This document shows, piece after piece, positions 1 to 10,452 of a stretch of 64,000 nt of DNA. Position numbers and translations under genes: made by a program. Position 1 is the stretch's first letter, and every line of letters begins with the position of its first letter. Source of the DNA: Bacteroidales bacterium (GTDB taxonomy: Bacteria > Bacteroidota > Bacteroidia > Bacteroidales > VadinHA17); assembly GCA_003141415.1 (NCBI GenBank), contig PLLX01000182.1, positions 22,606 to 86,605 of the forward strand, written 5' to 3'. The notes below the pieces were generated by a model, which was not told the origin of the DNA, did not search any database, and saw only the letters and a program-made list of their open reading frames with translations.

Positions 1-1
1 T

Positions 2-241
2 AACCCCTTTGTTTTTGCTCAATATCAGAAAGAAGTAAGCGAAATGAACCTGAACCTGAGCGACCATGAAAAAATCAAGCGATTTCGACTGGTTTCGGAT
101 GAATGGACTGCAGAGACAGGAGAATTATCCCCTACTCTGAAATTAAAAAGAAAAGTGCTGTACAAAAAGTATACTGATGTTATTAATAATATCTTCAGCG
201 TTGACAAAAATTCAGACAACACATATCATTCGGTCTGCTAG
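2..241 (+). CDS. Long-chain fatty-acid--CoA ligase (AMP-dependent synthetase), C-terminal end only; the 5' part lies outside the window
   Basis: The frame is open from the window edge to TAG at 239-241. The tail ...IKRFRLVSDEWTAETGELSPTLKLKRKVLYKKY is characteristic of FadD/ACSL-type ligases. Confidence 0.75.
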   Translation, partial: NPFVFAQYQKEVSEMNLNLSDHEKIKRFRLVSDEWTAETGELSPTLKLKRKVLYKKYTDVINNIFSVDKNSDNTYHSVC

Positions 242-268
242 AGAATTAAATTTTGTGGACCTCCATTT

Positions 269-630
269 TTAAATATCAAATCTGAACTGAATACGGACTC
301 CTAAATCTGATATATTCGGATGATTGAGATATGTAATCCTTTTTATAAGATTAAACCTGAAGATCTTAAAAATATTTGTAACCCCTATGCTTGCCTCAAT
401 ATATGGTTGCTTTCCAAGAGTATAAGTTAAGGGCATGCCATTGTTGCCTACGGGGAGATTAAATAGATTATTTTGATGATCCGGATTATTGGTTCGGCTT
501 AGCCCTCCGTATAAAATCTTACATCTCACTACTTCCCTTAATTTAAGTTTTTTTAACAGAGGTATTTTATATCGCAAATCACTAATTATCAGAATGATTC
601 CTTGTTTCCGACTTAGAAATATTATGCCTG
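269..630 (-). pseudogene. 5'-truncated remnant resembling the C-terminus of a DUF5686-type outer-membrane protein
   Basis: The frame is open right up to the stop of the neighbouring gene, with no ATG (only a TTG at 577). The ending ...PYIEASIGVTNIFKIFRFNLIKRITYL...GVRIQFRFDI looks like the last beta-strands of a much larger protein. Confidence 0.4.
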
Positions 631-636
631 AATACG

Positions 637-1248
637 TTATGTTTTAGTTACTGGCCTTGGATGAGCGATTTTTGCACAATTCTTTTTAAAATTAAACTTG
701 TGCATTTTATGTGCGGAACCGTTATGGCATTTTAAACAGTCTGCTTCTTTTGGGATAAAGGCTTTTGTAATGAAGGCTCCCTTGTGGCAGGCTTCGCAAG
801 TTACTCCATCCTCTTTCTTGTATGTTGATGCAAAAAATGATGAGTCGAGGTCTCCTCCTGTTACATGGCATTTTAAACAGACCAGACTTTCCCGGGGTTT
901 TTCTTTTAGATTGGCATATTTCGCATAATGGGCTGCTTTATTTGAAACAAGAATTTTAAAAGCATTTGAATGAGAGCCACTTTTCATAATATCGTACTGG
1001 AAGCCCATTTGTTCATTATTATGACACACCGAAGCACACTTTTCCATTCCAACATATATGTATTTCACTTTTTCCTGGTCAGAAATACTCTTCCCATTGG
1101 GTAGGAGAGTGGTTGCTTTTTCAGAGATTAAAGTATTTTGACGGGATTGAATCAAACCAGCAAATATAATCCAGCTAAAAACTGGCAAGAACACGAATGC
1201 TGCTATTTTTTTGTTTGTTCTCAAATCATTACAATTATCGTATAACAA
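637..1248 (-). CDS. Membrane-anchored tetrahaem c-type cytochrome (cytochrome c554-like family)
   Basis: Four CXXCH motifs in 203 aa (CASVCH, CLKCH, CEACH, CLKCH) follow a hydrophobic N-terminal anchor (IAAFVFLPVFSWIIFAGLI). Confidence 0.8.
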   Translation of the reverse strand: MLYDNCNDLRTNKKIAAFVFLPVFSWIIFAGLIQSRQNTLISEKATTLLPNGKSISDQEKVKYIYVGMEKCASVCHNNEQMGFQYDIMKSGSHSNAFKILVSNKAAHYAKYANLKEKPRESLVCLKCHVTGGDLDSSFFASTYKKEDGVTCEACHKGAFITKAFIPKEADCLKCHNGSAHKMHKFNFKKNCAKIAHPRPVTKT

Positions 1249-1503
1249 ATATAATATTTTCAGATGATGATTGTCTTCAATTAATTTGTTTCCACTTTAA
1301 TAGTGTTGAAATCCACGATAGTTTCTGCGAGTTCGACGCAGGCAAATGAACAAACCTAAATTGAATTCCTCCCTTTAAAAACACCTGAATTATGAATTGC
1401 TTCAACTCGTCCGTCATAAACTAACTTACCGCGCGTTAAGCCGGTAATTATTGTATTTGATAGCCAGTCTCTTATTTTCATATCAGTTTAACGTGGTTGG
1501 TGT

Positions 1504-1881
1504 TTATATTAAGGCAAGTAGTTTTGGAATAAATATCAGGCAGCCAACAACTATCGCTACAATTGCTGAAATCAACACTGCCGCAGCACTATAATCTTTT
1601 GCTCTCATTATCAGTTCATTCCATTCAGGATTAATGTGATCGGCTAATGACTCAATTGATGAATTCAACAGTTCCGAAAGAAATACAATACCTATCACAA
1701 TTATCAGAAGGGACCATTCGTAATGATTCAGTTTCACGATTATTCCCATGATGATTGTTACAATTGCAGCAAGAAGATGAATTCTGGAATTATGCTCATT
1801 CTTAAAAAGCGCTACTAATCCATTCATTGCAAATTTGAAACTTCCAAACCTCGATTTCAGTGAAAACTTATTTGAATTCAT
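1504..1881 (-). CDS. dgkA: Diacylglycerol kinase (prokaryotic DgkA family)
   Basis: 125 aa with three TM segments. ...FKNEHNSRIHLLAA...SELLNSSIESLADHI...AKDYSAAAVL matches the DAGK_prokar pattern. Confidence 0.85.
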   Translation of the reverse strand: MNSNKFSLKSRFGSFKFAMNGLVALFKNEHNSRIHLLAAIVTIIMGIIVKLNHYEWSLLIIVIGIVFLSELLNSSIESLADHINPEWNELIMRAKDYSAAAVLISAIVAIVVGCLIFIPKLLALI

Positions 1882-1901
1882 GCAGATATTTGTAGGAATT
1901 T

Positions 1902-2582
1902 TTAATTTTTAAGGCACCTGACACTAAATCCGTGTTTTTTATTTCTGTGGTCAATAGTGAAAGATGCATCAGCGAAATAGAGGCCTGTATACCATTCATC
2001 ATCATTGGAAGTTGTTGTGGATGACCAGAAAGAGGTAAAAGATAAAATGGAAGCGAAAGTACCCTCAAAATACCGGAATCCGGCTCCCAGGGCGGTAAAG
2101 CCACTGCTGTTGTCTGCTCCCTTGTTAGGAGAAAGCCAATTGACTATACCTGTTTCTTTTAATTTACCCCCTGCCTGAAGCGAATCACCCAGAAACTGCC
2201 TCAGTTCCTGCCACTCCTCCTTTTCAGGAACATGCCATCCTGTCGGACAAAGTTTTCCGGTACTTACCGTATAACAATTATATAATGCTCCATATGAGTC
2301 TTTGTATGATGCCGCATCATTATTATACCAGCAATAACCCGGGGTTGTTAAATTTCCCCACGAAGTAGCGTCTATAGTAAGTGGAATATTTGTTCCGTCG
2401 CTGAATGTGGTGGTTTTAAGATTCTCAGCCATCCATACCTGGCTGCCTATTATTACAGTTTTATAAGTATTCCCTTCCACGTCAGTTAATGGATCAGAAT
2501 GCTTTTCGGCCTTCCTGCAACCGATAGCAAGTAATGCAAGAGATATCAGAATAAACCCAAGGGTTGAAATCTTTCTTTTCAT
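1902..2582 (-). CDS. FISUMP-domain lipoprotein (Fibrobacter succinogenes major paralogous domain)
   Basis: Lipoprotein signal (LLAIGC). GNTYKTVIIGSQVWMAENLK...GALYNCYTV...CPTGWHVP...GFSVRCLK are typical FISUMP motifs. Confidence 0.8.
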   Translation of the reverse strand: MKRKISTLGFILISLALLAIGCRKAEKHSDPLTDVEGNTYKTVIIGSQVWMAENLKTTTFSDGTNIPLTIDATSWGNLTTPGYCWYNNDAASYKDSYGALYNCYTVSTGKLCPTGWHVPEKEEWQELRQFLGDSLQAGGKLKETGIVNWLSPNKGADNSSGFTALGAGFRYFEGTFASILSFTSFWSSTTTSNDDEWYTGLYFADASFTIDHRNKKHGFSVRCLKN

Positions 2583-2598
2583 ATTTAAAATTATTCTC

Positions 2599-3594
2599 TC
2601 AAAGCTTCACAATATCAGACAGAAAATTATCTGTCTCTTTTTCAACATTTTGCCAGTCTTTTGACCTGATGTATGATGCGATCACATGTTCACCTGCTTC
2701 CGGGAAGGATTCCTTTTGTTTTAATCCTGGCGGAGTACCAAGTTCACCGAACATTTTTAGCATAGCCGGTATTGAAACAGTATTGTCCTGCTCTGTCTTA
2801 TTCTTGTAGTAATAACCGAGGAATACAGGGCATTTTATTTTGGAGAAGACTTCCGGTTCCATTGTATTTGAAATGAGATTCTGAAGAGCTACCAATGCTT
2901 CAATGCGGTAATTAAGTTGCCAGTAGTTTGCATGTGCCTTACTCTCTGATTTAAATTTTTTCATAGGTCCACCTGAAACCAGCCTGGCAATTTGCAAACC
3001 CCAAGGTTTATTAAGGATCACCGCTGTTCCGTCAAAAAGCTTTACGCATGGTGAAAAGAGCACAATTGCTTTGATTTCAGGATGTCGGGAGGCCAGAAAG
3101 AGTGCAAGTGCCCCGCCTGCAGAAGTTCCCACAACCACAACTTCGTCACCTAACTTTTTCGTGATAGTGAGAGCATATTCAGCAGAAGCTTCGAATGATC
3201 CGGCTGTGAGATTGATCATTGTGCTGTCACCCTTTTCGATACCGTGCTCAGCCAATCTGGAAAGGTAAAGATTAGCGTTATATTTTTTTGCCAGATCTTT
3301 ATGAACTGGGTCTCCTTCTGCCTGGCTTGCCGAGAAGCCATGAAGGTAAAGAAAGGCAATCTTTGTCTTTTCTTTCCTGGAAGAATCGGCCCATATTATC
3401 CTTGCCTGATTATCGGGTTTGATCCCCTTCACTTCATTTTCGTTTTTATTTATATTATTCTCCAGATCAGTCAGAGAGACCGGGAGATTAATTTCATGTA
3501 TTGTAAAATCAGGCTTAGATGGTTTGGGTCCGGCAATATAGACAAAAAAGAGCACTATGAGAATTCCCGAAAACCATTTTCCAAATGTTTTCAT
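2599..3594 (-). CDS. Secreted alpha/beta hydrolase (esterase/lipase-like)
   Basis: Signal/anchor peptide, LYLHGFSAS oxyanion region, and nucleophile elbow GTSAGG. Confidence 0.8.
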   Translation of the reverse strand: MKTFGKWFSGILIVLFFVYIAGPKPSKPDFTIHEINLPVSLTDLENNINKNENEVKGIKPDNQARIIWADSSRKEKTKIAFLYLHGFSASQAEGDPVHKDLAKKYNANLYLSRLAEHGIEKGDSTMINLTAGSFEASAEYALTITKKLGDEVVVVGTSAGGALALFLASRHPEIKAIVLFSPCVKLFDGTAVILNKPWGLQIARLVSGGPMKKFKSESKAHANYWQLNYRIEALVALQNLISNTMEPEVFSKIKCPVFLGYYYKNKTEQDNTVSIPAMLKMFGELGTPPGLKQKESFPEAGEHVIASYIRSKDWQNVEKETDNFLSDIVKL

Positions 3595-3724
3595 TTTACC
3601 GTTTTAAGCAATAATAAAATTATAAAAGTTAGGGTTACAAAACAAATATAATCCCAGACTTATGAATTATTGAAAGAATTCAGATAAAACTGAAAATTCA
3701 ATTATGCTTTTAGATTGCCGGATG

Positions 3725-5005
3725 CTATTTTGCCGGCTGTTTTGTTTGTTTCAGAGATTCAATGCGTTTCCTTACCGATTCTGTATAATCAGCGTCGTAC
3801 TTATCCTTAGAGTTTTTTATCTTATTAAGATACAACTCATAGTACCGGATTGCTTTAGGAGTGTCTTTTAGCTTTTCGTCGTAAAGATTTGCAATTAACA
3901 TATATACCCTAATATCAGATCTGAATTCCTGGCTTTTAAGGTACGCGGTAATTGCTTCAACATACTGGTTGCCAGATTTCAATGCTTCAGCGAGTAGAAG
4001 ATAGTTTAAGCCTAATTGGTTGCCGAAGGGGCTTAATATACTTATTAAACACCTATAGTAATAGGCGCTATTCTTCATCTCTTTAAGTTGGAAATAATTC
4101 TGGGCCAGGTTACTCAATACATCCAAATCGGTAGAATCCTTATAATAGGCTTTTAACAGGTACATAACTGCTTCTTTTGGCTGATTGAATTTGCCGTAGC
4201 CTATTCCGGTTCTCTTCAGGTTTAGAACAGAGGAATCTCCGGAACTTAATAATTTCAAATAATCATTTAACGCTGGTTTATAATTAAAAATAGTAAAATT
4301 GATAGCAGCCCGTCGTGCATAGAGGTCCATGTCTGTGGGATCAATCTCGATTCCTTTAGTCAGTAACTGTAATGCAGTATCAACACGGGTTGGGGCATAA
4401 AGATATGCCAGGTTTTTGATAGCATTAGTGTTTTTCGGATTGAGTGTTAATGACCGCTTAAACATATCAATTGCTCCATCTGAATCTCCTTTTTTCAAGT
4501 ATGCGAAACCTATTTTATCCGCAAATATATAATTGAAATAATCCTGTTTATAAAACCGGTAGTATATTCTTATTGATTCATCATATTTCTCTTCCTGCAT
4601 ATATATGCTTGTAAGATAATAGGCATATGGCCAGTTCATAGAATCCGTAGCGCACAGTTTCAGAAGAAGTGGTTTGGCCAGGTTGGTCTTTCCTTTGTTA
4701 ATATAGCTTTTTGCTACAGTAAAATTGTAGTTGTTGTTATCAGGTGAGATGGTTGCTGCCTTTAAAAAGCACTCAAGTGATTTATCATCCGATAAAAGGT
4801 TCTGGTAAGCAAGGCCCAGTTTGTAAAAAACTTCAGAATTAAGTGTATCGGTAGCTAGAATTTGATTGCAGGTGTCAATGGCTTTATTGAAATCTCCCCT
4901 GATGAGCATTATATCTATCTTAGAATTATCGGGTTTGTTCTGAGCCAGCCCGGGCAGTGAAATAATGAAAACAAGTAGGATGAGTATAAGGGTAGTCCTC
5001 TTCAT
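3725..5005 (-). CDS. Secreted tetratricopeptide-repeat (TPR) protein
   Basis: Signal peptide. Repeated about 34-aa units of the type ...A...Y.KAL.L.P.N... run through the whole 426 aa. Confidence 0.75.
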   Translation of the reverse strand: MKRTTLILILLVFIISLPGLAQNKPDNSKIDIMLIRGDFNKAIDTCNQILATDTLNSEVFYKLGLAYQNLLSDDKSLECFLKAATISPDNNNYNFTVAKSYINKGKTNLAKPLLLKLCATDSMNWPYAYYLTSIYMQEEKYDESIRIYYRFYKQDYFNYIFADKIGFAYLKKGDSDGAIDMFKRSLTLNPKNTNAIKNLAYLYAPTRVDTALQLLTKGIEIDPTDMDLYARRAAINFTIFNYKPALNDYLKLLSSGDSSVLNLKRTGIGYGKFNQPKEAVMYLLKAYYKDSTDLDVLSNLAQNYFQLKEMKNSAYYYRCLISILSPFGNQLGLNYLLLAEALKSGNQYVEAITAYLKSQEFRSDIRVYMLIANLYDEKLKDTPKAIRYYELYLNKIKNSKDKYDADYTESVRKRIESLKQTKQPAK

Positions 5006-5351
5006 AACTTTTATATTATTTGTAATAAAACTATTGTTTTGAAGATAATATTAAAATCATTAATGCTGAGTCTGGAATTTTTATAAATGTATAACGAATA
5101 AATTAGTTATACAATTAATTACTTAAGAATTTCTTTCAACCAGTTAAGACAAAGATCAGCTGTGTAAAATTTCCCCACGGATTATGATTCATAAAAGCCA
5201 ATTGCGAAGTGGCAGTATAAAATCTCTTTAGAGCCGCTCCTTCGTATCATAAAAAGTTTGATTTGCACATCTTCATTTGCAAATTTATTTTAAAGGTTTT
5301 CAGAATGGAATCAAATTTAGATATGAGAGAAAATCGTTATAGGAGTGAGTG

Positions 5352-7157
5352 TTAGTCAAAAAGAAGGGCCACCGCTGCAGCTCCTGTTCCTGCATGAGCT
5401 CCAAGAACCGGAGAAATATTAACAACAAAGGCGGGCTTTTTATCGGTCAATATTTCCATCCTGGATGAATACCATTGGGCTGCATCAATATTATTTGCAT
5501 GAAGAACAATATAGTTCCATATTTTTTTCCCATGATGAATTTTTGTAATGTGTTTCATCACTTTTACCATATTTGCCTTCTGGCTGAACGTCTTACCAAA
5601 AAGAATTGCTTTCCCTGTTTCATCGATAGAAACGATCGGATTAATATTAAGTATCCGCGCTAATAATCCTCTTACAATAGATACCCGTCCACTCCTGACA
5701 AGATATTTTATTGTCCTGACACTAACGAATAAATGTGCACTATTTGTCCACCTTTCTGCCATATGAACCACCTGGTCATGGGAATATCCGGCTTCAATAG
5801 CCTGTGCTGTTCTTAGAATGACGAGTCCAAGGGCGCCTGAGATATTCTTAGAATTGATTACAGAAATTGATTTGTTGAATTCTTTGCTTATCGCTTTTGC
5901 AGCTTTCTGGCTGCTGTTAAATGTTCCGCTTAACTTGTCGCTTAAGTGGATAGCTATTATTGAATCATAATGAGAAGCCAGATGAGAATATAAGTTTATA
6001 AAGCTCTTTTCATTTACCTGTGAAGATTTAGGATAATCTTTACTCTCTTTTAAAAGAGTATAAAACTGATCAGTCTGAATGGTAATCTTATCGAGATAAT
6101 GATTCTCGCCGAAGTTAATATTGATCGGCAGCATGTTTATCTGATAATTATCGATTATGTCCTGAGCAAGGTCGCAGGTTGAATCTGTGACTAATGCTAT
6201 CTTCCATTTTCTGTCATTGACAACCTGACTCTGCCTGATCATATCGTCGGCTTTCTGGAAGGCAAGAGTACCCGTATTTCTGAGTTCACTGAAAAGTCCG
6301 GCCGGATTATTTGTATGCAAATGCAGCCTTCTCATTTTATCAGAACCTGCAATAACAATTGAGTTACCATATTTTTCAAGGATCTGCAGCAATGATTTGT
6401 TATTGATTGAGCTGTTTTTAATGAGCGCCTCTGTACAGTATCTGAAATCAACTTTTTCCGGAATTGCTTCTTCTAATTTTTCAAATAATGCAGTCTCGGC
6501 TCTGACATGGATAAGTTCCTTAAGGTTGCGGTTTGTAATAAAATCAATAATCCCTTCAACAAAAAACACAAAACCCCGTGCTCCGGCATCAACAACATTT
6601 GCTTTTGTCAGAACTGCAAGTTTTGATTTGGTTGCTATCAGCGATCTGTTCAGAACGTCGAAAGAACTGATAAAAAGCTGGTTAAAGTCTGTTATCCTGT
6701 TCCTGTTGTCATAGATATAATTTGCCCAGTCCTTGATTACGGTGAGCATCGTTCCTTCAACCGGATTAGCTACTGCCTCATAGATGTAGCGAACAGAATT
6801 CTTGATACTCTCAGCAAACTGGTTTATTGTAATAGTTTTAAAATTGCCGGTTTCGGTACTCATTCCATAAAGGAACTGTGCAAAAATAATTCCGGAATTT
6901 CCACGGGCATTAACGAGTGTGGTTTCGGCAATCCTGTCAGCTGTAATCTTATATGACCTGTGAGGGTGAAGTGAATCAACAACTGCCCTGATAGTGGATG
7001 CCAGATTGGTTCCGGTATCACCATCATTCACAGGGAATACATTGATTTTATTAAGCTCAACCTGGTGTTCAATAACTTTCCTGGCACCTGCAATAAAAGT
7101 ATAATAGAGTCGTCGGCCATCCATTTCATTTACCGGTACCAGGGTCTCTAATGTCAT
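5352..7157 (-). CDS. Dak2 (FakA-N/YloV-like) - DegV (FakB-like) fusion protein
   Basis: The N-terminal half has the Dak2 phosphotransfer signature (VFPVNDGDTGTNL). The C-terminal half carries a full DegV signature (IALVTDSTCDL...SSQVN...HLSDKLSGTF...YLVRSGRVS). Confidence 0.8.
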   Translation of the reverse strand: MTLETLVPVNEMDGRRLYYTFIAGARKVIEHQVELNKINVFPVNDGDTGTNLASTIRAVVDSLHPHRSYKITADRIAETTLVNARGNSGIIFAQFLYGMSTETGNFKTITINQFAESIKNSVRYIYEAVANPVEGTMLTVIKDWANYIYDNRNRITDFNQLFISSFDVLNRSLIATKSKLAVLTKANVVDAGARGFVFFVEGIIDFITNRNLKELIHVRAETALFEKLEEAIPEKVDFRYCTEALIKNSSINNKSLLQILEKYGNSIVIAGSDKMRRLHLHTNNPAGLFSELRNTGTLAFQKADDMIRQSQVVNDRKWKIALVTDSTCDLAQDIIDNYQINMLPININFGENHYLDKITIQTDQFYTLLKESKDYPKSSQVNEKSFINLYSHLASHYDSIIAIHLSDKLSGTFNSSQKAAKAISKEFNKSISVINSKNISGALGLVILRTAQAIEAGYSHDQVVHMAERWTNSAHLFVSVRTIKYLVRSGRVSIVRGLLARILNINPIVSIDETGKAILFGKTFSQKANMVKVMKHITKIHHGKKIWNYIVLHANNIDAAQWYSSRMEILTDKKPAFVVNISPVLGAHAGTGAAAVALLFD

Positions 7158-7296
7158 ATATTTTTTGGTTACAATTGAACTACAAAGTTAGTAATTATAA
7201 TGTTTGCTGTAACCTGAACTCCTTTTACAATGTAAAAAGTAAATTTACCAGGTTAATGGTATTCATTATAGTTGTTATAGAATAAATCTGTAATGG

Positions 7297-7720
7297 TTAA
7301 AAACTTGAAACACTGATTATCAGGCCCATGTAAGGTTTTTGATTGTAAATCCATAAAGATTTACTTTTGTCAAGAAGGTTATCGAACCCAACTGCTTTAT
7401 AATAATCCCTTCGGAAACCCGCGTATGCTGCGAAATCTAAATCAGCACTAAACTGGTTTGGAACATCATCCATAGAATGCCTTGATTTAAATAAAATTGA
7501 TGTCAGGTCGACATCAAACGAATTATTTATAAAACAACTCCTGTAAAAATAATTGTCTGTTTTAATCCTGCTGAGCCTGGTCCCCATGGAAGTGGAAGTA
7601 TTAGGATATTCTTTTTTCCCTTCAGAGGTAACCGGATACACAATAATTGAATCTTCAATAACCTCTGTATAAACACGGGATGGTTTAGCTCCCTGAACTT
7701 TTAATTTATAAATTCCGGAT
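7297..7720 (-). pseudogene. Possible frameshifted or truncated remnant of an unknown secreted protein
   Basis: The 114-aa ORF begins at a GTG. The frame stays open upstream (..SGIYKLKVQGAKPSRVYTEVIEDSIIVYPVT..) with no start codon, and a second frame carries ..NIDKPDYPEFIN*. No family recognised. Confidence 0.3.
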
Positions 7721-7863
7721 AATCAGGTTTATCAATATTTTATACCCATTTTCTGACATATTCTTTTTCACGATAGAATTTTTGTTAATGAGAATTTGCA
7801 TTGAATAACCGAACTAACTGGTTGACTGAAGCCTCAGTGGTTAAAGGATTTAGTTTATCTGAA

Positions 7864-8802
7864 TCATTTTTTCCTATCGAAATTCATTATTATGTTATAT
7901 ACTCTTTCCTTTGTTTCATCGGGTGTCGGATTAAGCTCTTCGGTTGTGAATTTACCATTATTAAGGTCGATCCTTTCAAAAACCATCAGGTATAAATCAA
8001 AAATTATTTCAAGACTTAACTGATACCTTGGTTCAAGGAGAGGTCTTATTTCTTTAATAATTTCAATTGTCTTCAGGCGATATTCATCAGCGAGTAAATA
8101 ATAATCTTTTATGAGTTTCCGGAAGTTGTCATTAACCGGTTTTCCATTGGCGAATTCAAGAAGAGTGTTCCGGCTAAGGCCATTTTTAATTATCAGATCA
8201 TCGGCAAAATAGCTGAGGTTGTTTAACTGATCTTTCTGAAAGTCTCTTATAATATGAACAAGGTAACTGAAGATAGCACAGGGTGAGGCAGCCCATTTTA
8301 CTTCAAAAAGAGGGCTCTCATACCGGTCGTTTATTTCCTGTAGTCCGTTTAAATGAACAAAAATCGAAGCTGGAGCAACTGATGCTCCTCCCGCATATTC
8401 AAGAAAAGCATTAAGAGTTGGAAATCCATCATTATTAATATCGTAAATCATTGATTTCGCAAAAACTTCCATTGGCCATAAGGGTATCCTGAATTTTTCG
8501 ATGGTTTCTTTAAGCTCTCCCTGAAGTGCATTGCATTCTTTTGAGATTATTATCATCTTAAGCCAATCCTCAACGTTGGCTACAAATTCCTTCCTTTCTT
8601 TAGGGTCAATCAGTCTGTTTTTTGCTTTATGGTTATCAATGAGATCATCGATTGCGCGCATGAACTTATAGCATATTTTTGCTGCGCAGAACCTTTCTTC
8701 ATCCCAGAAATTAGCAGCTACAAGAATATTAGGATGATCCCTGATCTGATCGAAATCAATAGAATTGAATATTTTTAAAAATTTATTCTTTTGTGAATTC
8801 AT
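7864..8802 (-). CDS. Squalene/phytoene synthase family protein (CrtB/CrtM-like)
   Basis: Two Asp-rich head-to-head isoprenoid synthase motifs (RAIDDLIDN, HIIRDFQKD). It sits directly downstream of a CrtI-like desaturase. Confidence 0.7.
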   Translation of the reverse strand: MNSQKNKFLKIFNSIDFDQIRDHPNILVAANFWDEERFCAAKICYKFMRAIDDLIDNHKAKNRLIDPKERKEFVANVEDWLKMIIISKECNALQGELKETIEKFRIPLWPMEVFAKSMIYDINNDGFPTLNAFLEYAGGASVAPASIFVHLNGLQEINDRYESPLFEVKWAASPCAIFSYLVHIIRDFQKDQLNNLSYFADDLIIKNGLSRNTLLEFANGKPVNDNFRKLIKDYYLLADEYRLKTIEIIKEIRPLLEPRYQLSLEIIFDLYLMVFERIDLNNGKFTTEELNPTPDETKERVYNIIMNFDRKK

Positions 8803-8830
8803 TGATTGTATTCTGTTGTTGTCAAAAATA

Positions 8831-10312
8831 TTAGTTATTGAGAATTCTTTCCGCTGTCAGTTTGGCTGATAACAGAACGTTTGGAATCCCATTGCCTGGG
8901 TGAGTGCTCCCTCCGACAAAGTAAAGATTTTTATAACGACTGTGCTGGTTATGAGGTCGGAAATATCCCATCTGGAGAAGATTATGAGCAAGACTTCCGA
9001 AGACAGAACCCCTGGAAATATTACAGGCACTTTCCCAGCTTTCAGGAGTATAACAGCTTTCAAATTTAATGTGCTCTTCGATATCTTCCAGTCCAAGTTG
9101 TTTAAGCCGTTGAATGACAGCCTTTCTTGTTTCCTTCTTCAGATCATCCCAGTCCTGTTTTTTCTTCTTATCAATATTCCCGGCGCCGACAATAAAAGAA
9201 AGTGTATCTTGATTATCAGGGGCGGCGGTAGGGTCGGTTCTGACCGGAGCATGGATATAAAAGCTCGGGTGATCGCTTATTAATTTATCTTTGAAAATCC
9301 GGTCGAGTCCTTCCCTGAATTCGTCTGAGAGAAAAACGCTATGATGGCCAAGCTGAGAATAAACCTTATCAAGACCCCAGTGGAAGCAGATGGCAGAGCA
9401 TGAATATTTCATCCTGTCAAGTCTCCTTGATTTCCCCCGGTCGGGTAATAATTTGCGATAGACATAAGGAAGGTCAGCGTTAGCTACAATAATATCAGCC
9501 TTAACTTCAGATCCATTTTCAAATATAATACTCTCCGCCTTATTACCTGTCACTCTGATTTTTATGGCAGGCTCATTATAATGGAAAATTACACCTGAAG
9601 AAACCGCTTCAGATAATAATTTTTTTACTATAGTGTACATTCCGCCTTTAGGGAAAAATGAGCCTTCCGTGAGTTCGGCAGCAGGAACCATCGAGAACAG
9701 AGCCGGCGAATCAAACGGACTCTGCCCTACATAAATGTTCTGGAAAGTATAAGCCATCCTCAGATGAGAATTCCGAAAGAACTTTTTAACATACCTCCAG
9801 TTTGAAATGTAAGTTTTGAGTTTTATCAGCATTCCGACATTTTTGAAGTTTACAAACTGGAAAATATTATCAAAATTACGTCCGATAAGCTTATTCATCC
9901 CGATCTGAAAAATCTCATACCCGTCAGCGACATATTTTAGTGATTTTTCAAAACTTCCCGGTTCGATCTTTTCCAGCTGGATCTTCATTTTTTCTTTATC
10001 GGTAGTAAAAGCTAAGACATCATTATTGTCAAAATAGATTTTGTAGAGATTATCCAGTGGTTTAATTTTGTTATTTTCGAAGAGAGGAATACCAAGTGAT
10101 TTAAATATCTCCTGATATATCTCGGGCATCACCAGCATGGTAGCGCCAAGGTCGAAACGGTGGCCGTCGCGTACCATTTGACCGCACCGGCCTCCAGGTG
10201 TCGAATTCTTTTCGAAAACAGTTACACTATATCCATTCTTTGCCAGGTAAATTGCAGTTGCAATACCCCCGATTCCTGCTCCGATAATAACTGCCGATTT
10301 TTTTTCGGTCAT
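8831..10312 (-). CDS. crtI: Phytoene desaturase family protein (CrtI/CrtN-like)
   Basis: N-terminal FAD Rossmann motif VIIGAGIGGIATAIYLAKNG...FEKNSTPGGR, and C-terminal ...LYFVGGSTHPGNGIP. 493 aa. Confidence 0.8.
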   Translation of the reverse strand: MTEKKSAVIIGAGIGGIATAIYLAKNGYSVTVFEKNSTPGGRCGQMVRDGHRFDLGATMLVMPEIYQEIFKSLGIPLFENNKIKPLDNLYKIYFDNNDVLAFTTDKEKMKIQLEKIEPGSFEKSLKYVADGYEIFQIGMNKLIGRNFDNIFQFVNFKNVGMLIKLKTYISNWRYVKKFFRNSHLRMAYTFQNIYVGQSPFDSPALFSMVPAAELTEGSFFPKGGMYTIVKKLLSEAVSSGVIFHYNEPAIKIRVTGNKAESIIFENGSEVKADIIVANADLPYVYRKLLPDRGKSRRLDRMKYSCSAICFHWGLDKVYSQLGHHSVFLSDEFREGLDRIFKDKLISDHPSFYIHAPVRTDPTAAPDNQDTLSFIVGAGNIDKKKKQDWDDLKKETRKAVIQRLKQLGLEDIEEHIKFESCYTPESWESACNISRGSVFGSLAHNLLQMGYFRPHNQHSRYKNLYFVGGSTHPGNGIPNVLLSAKLTAERILNN

Positions 10313-10452
10313 CTTCTCTTAATCGTATTAATATTTCAAAATATGAACTAAAGACTTGAAATAATTTGTTTCGTCCCATATTTTGAGGCCAAATTAGCAT
10401 TTTCCTTTCCATGTTTTGAATTCCAGATAATGCTTTTAAGTTTCAAGAAAAA

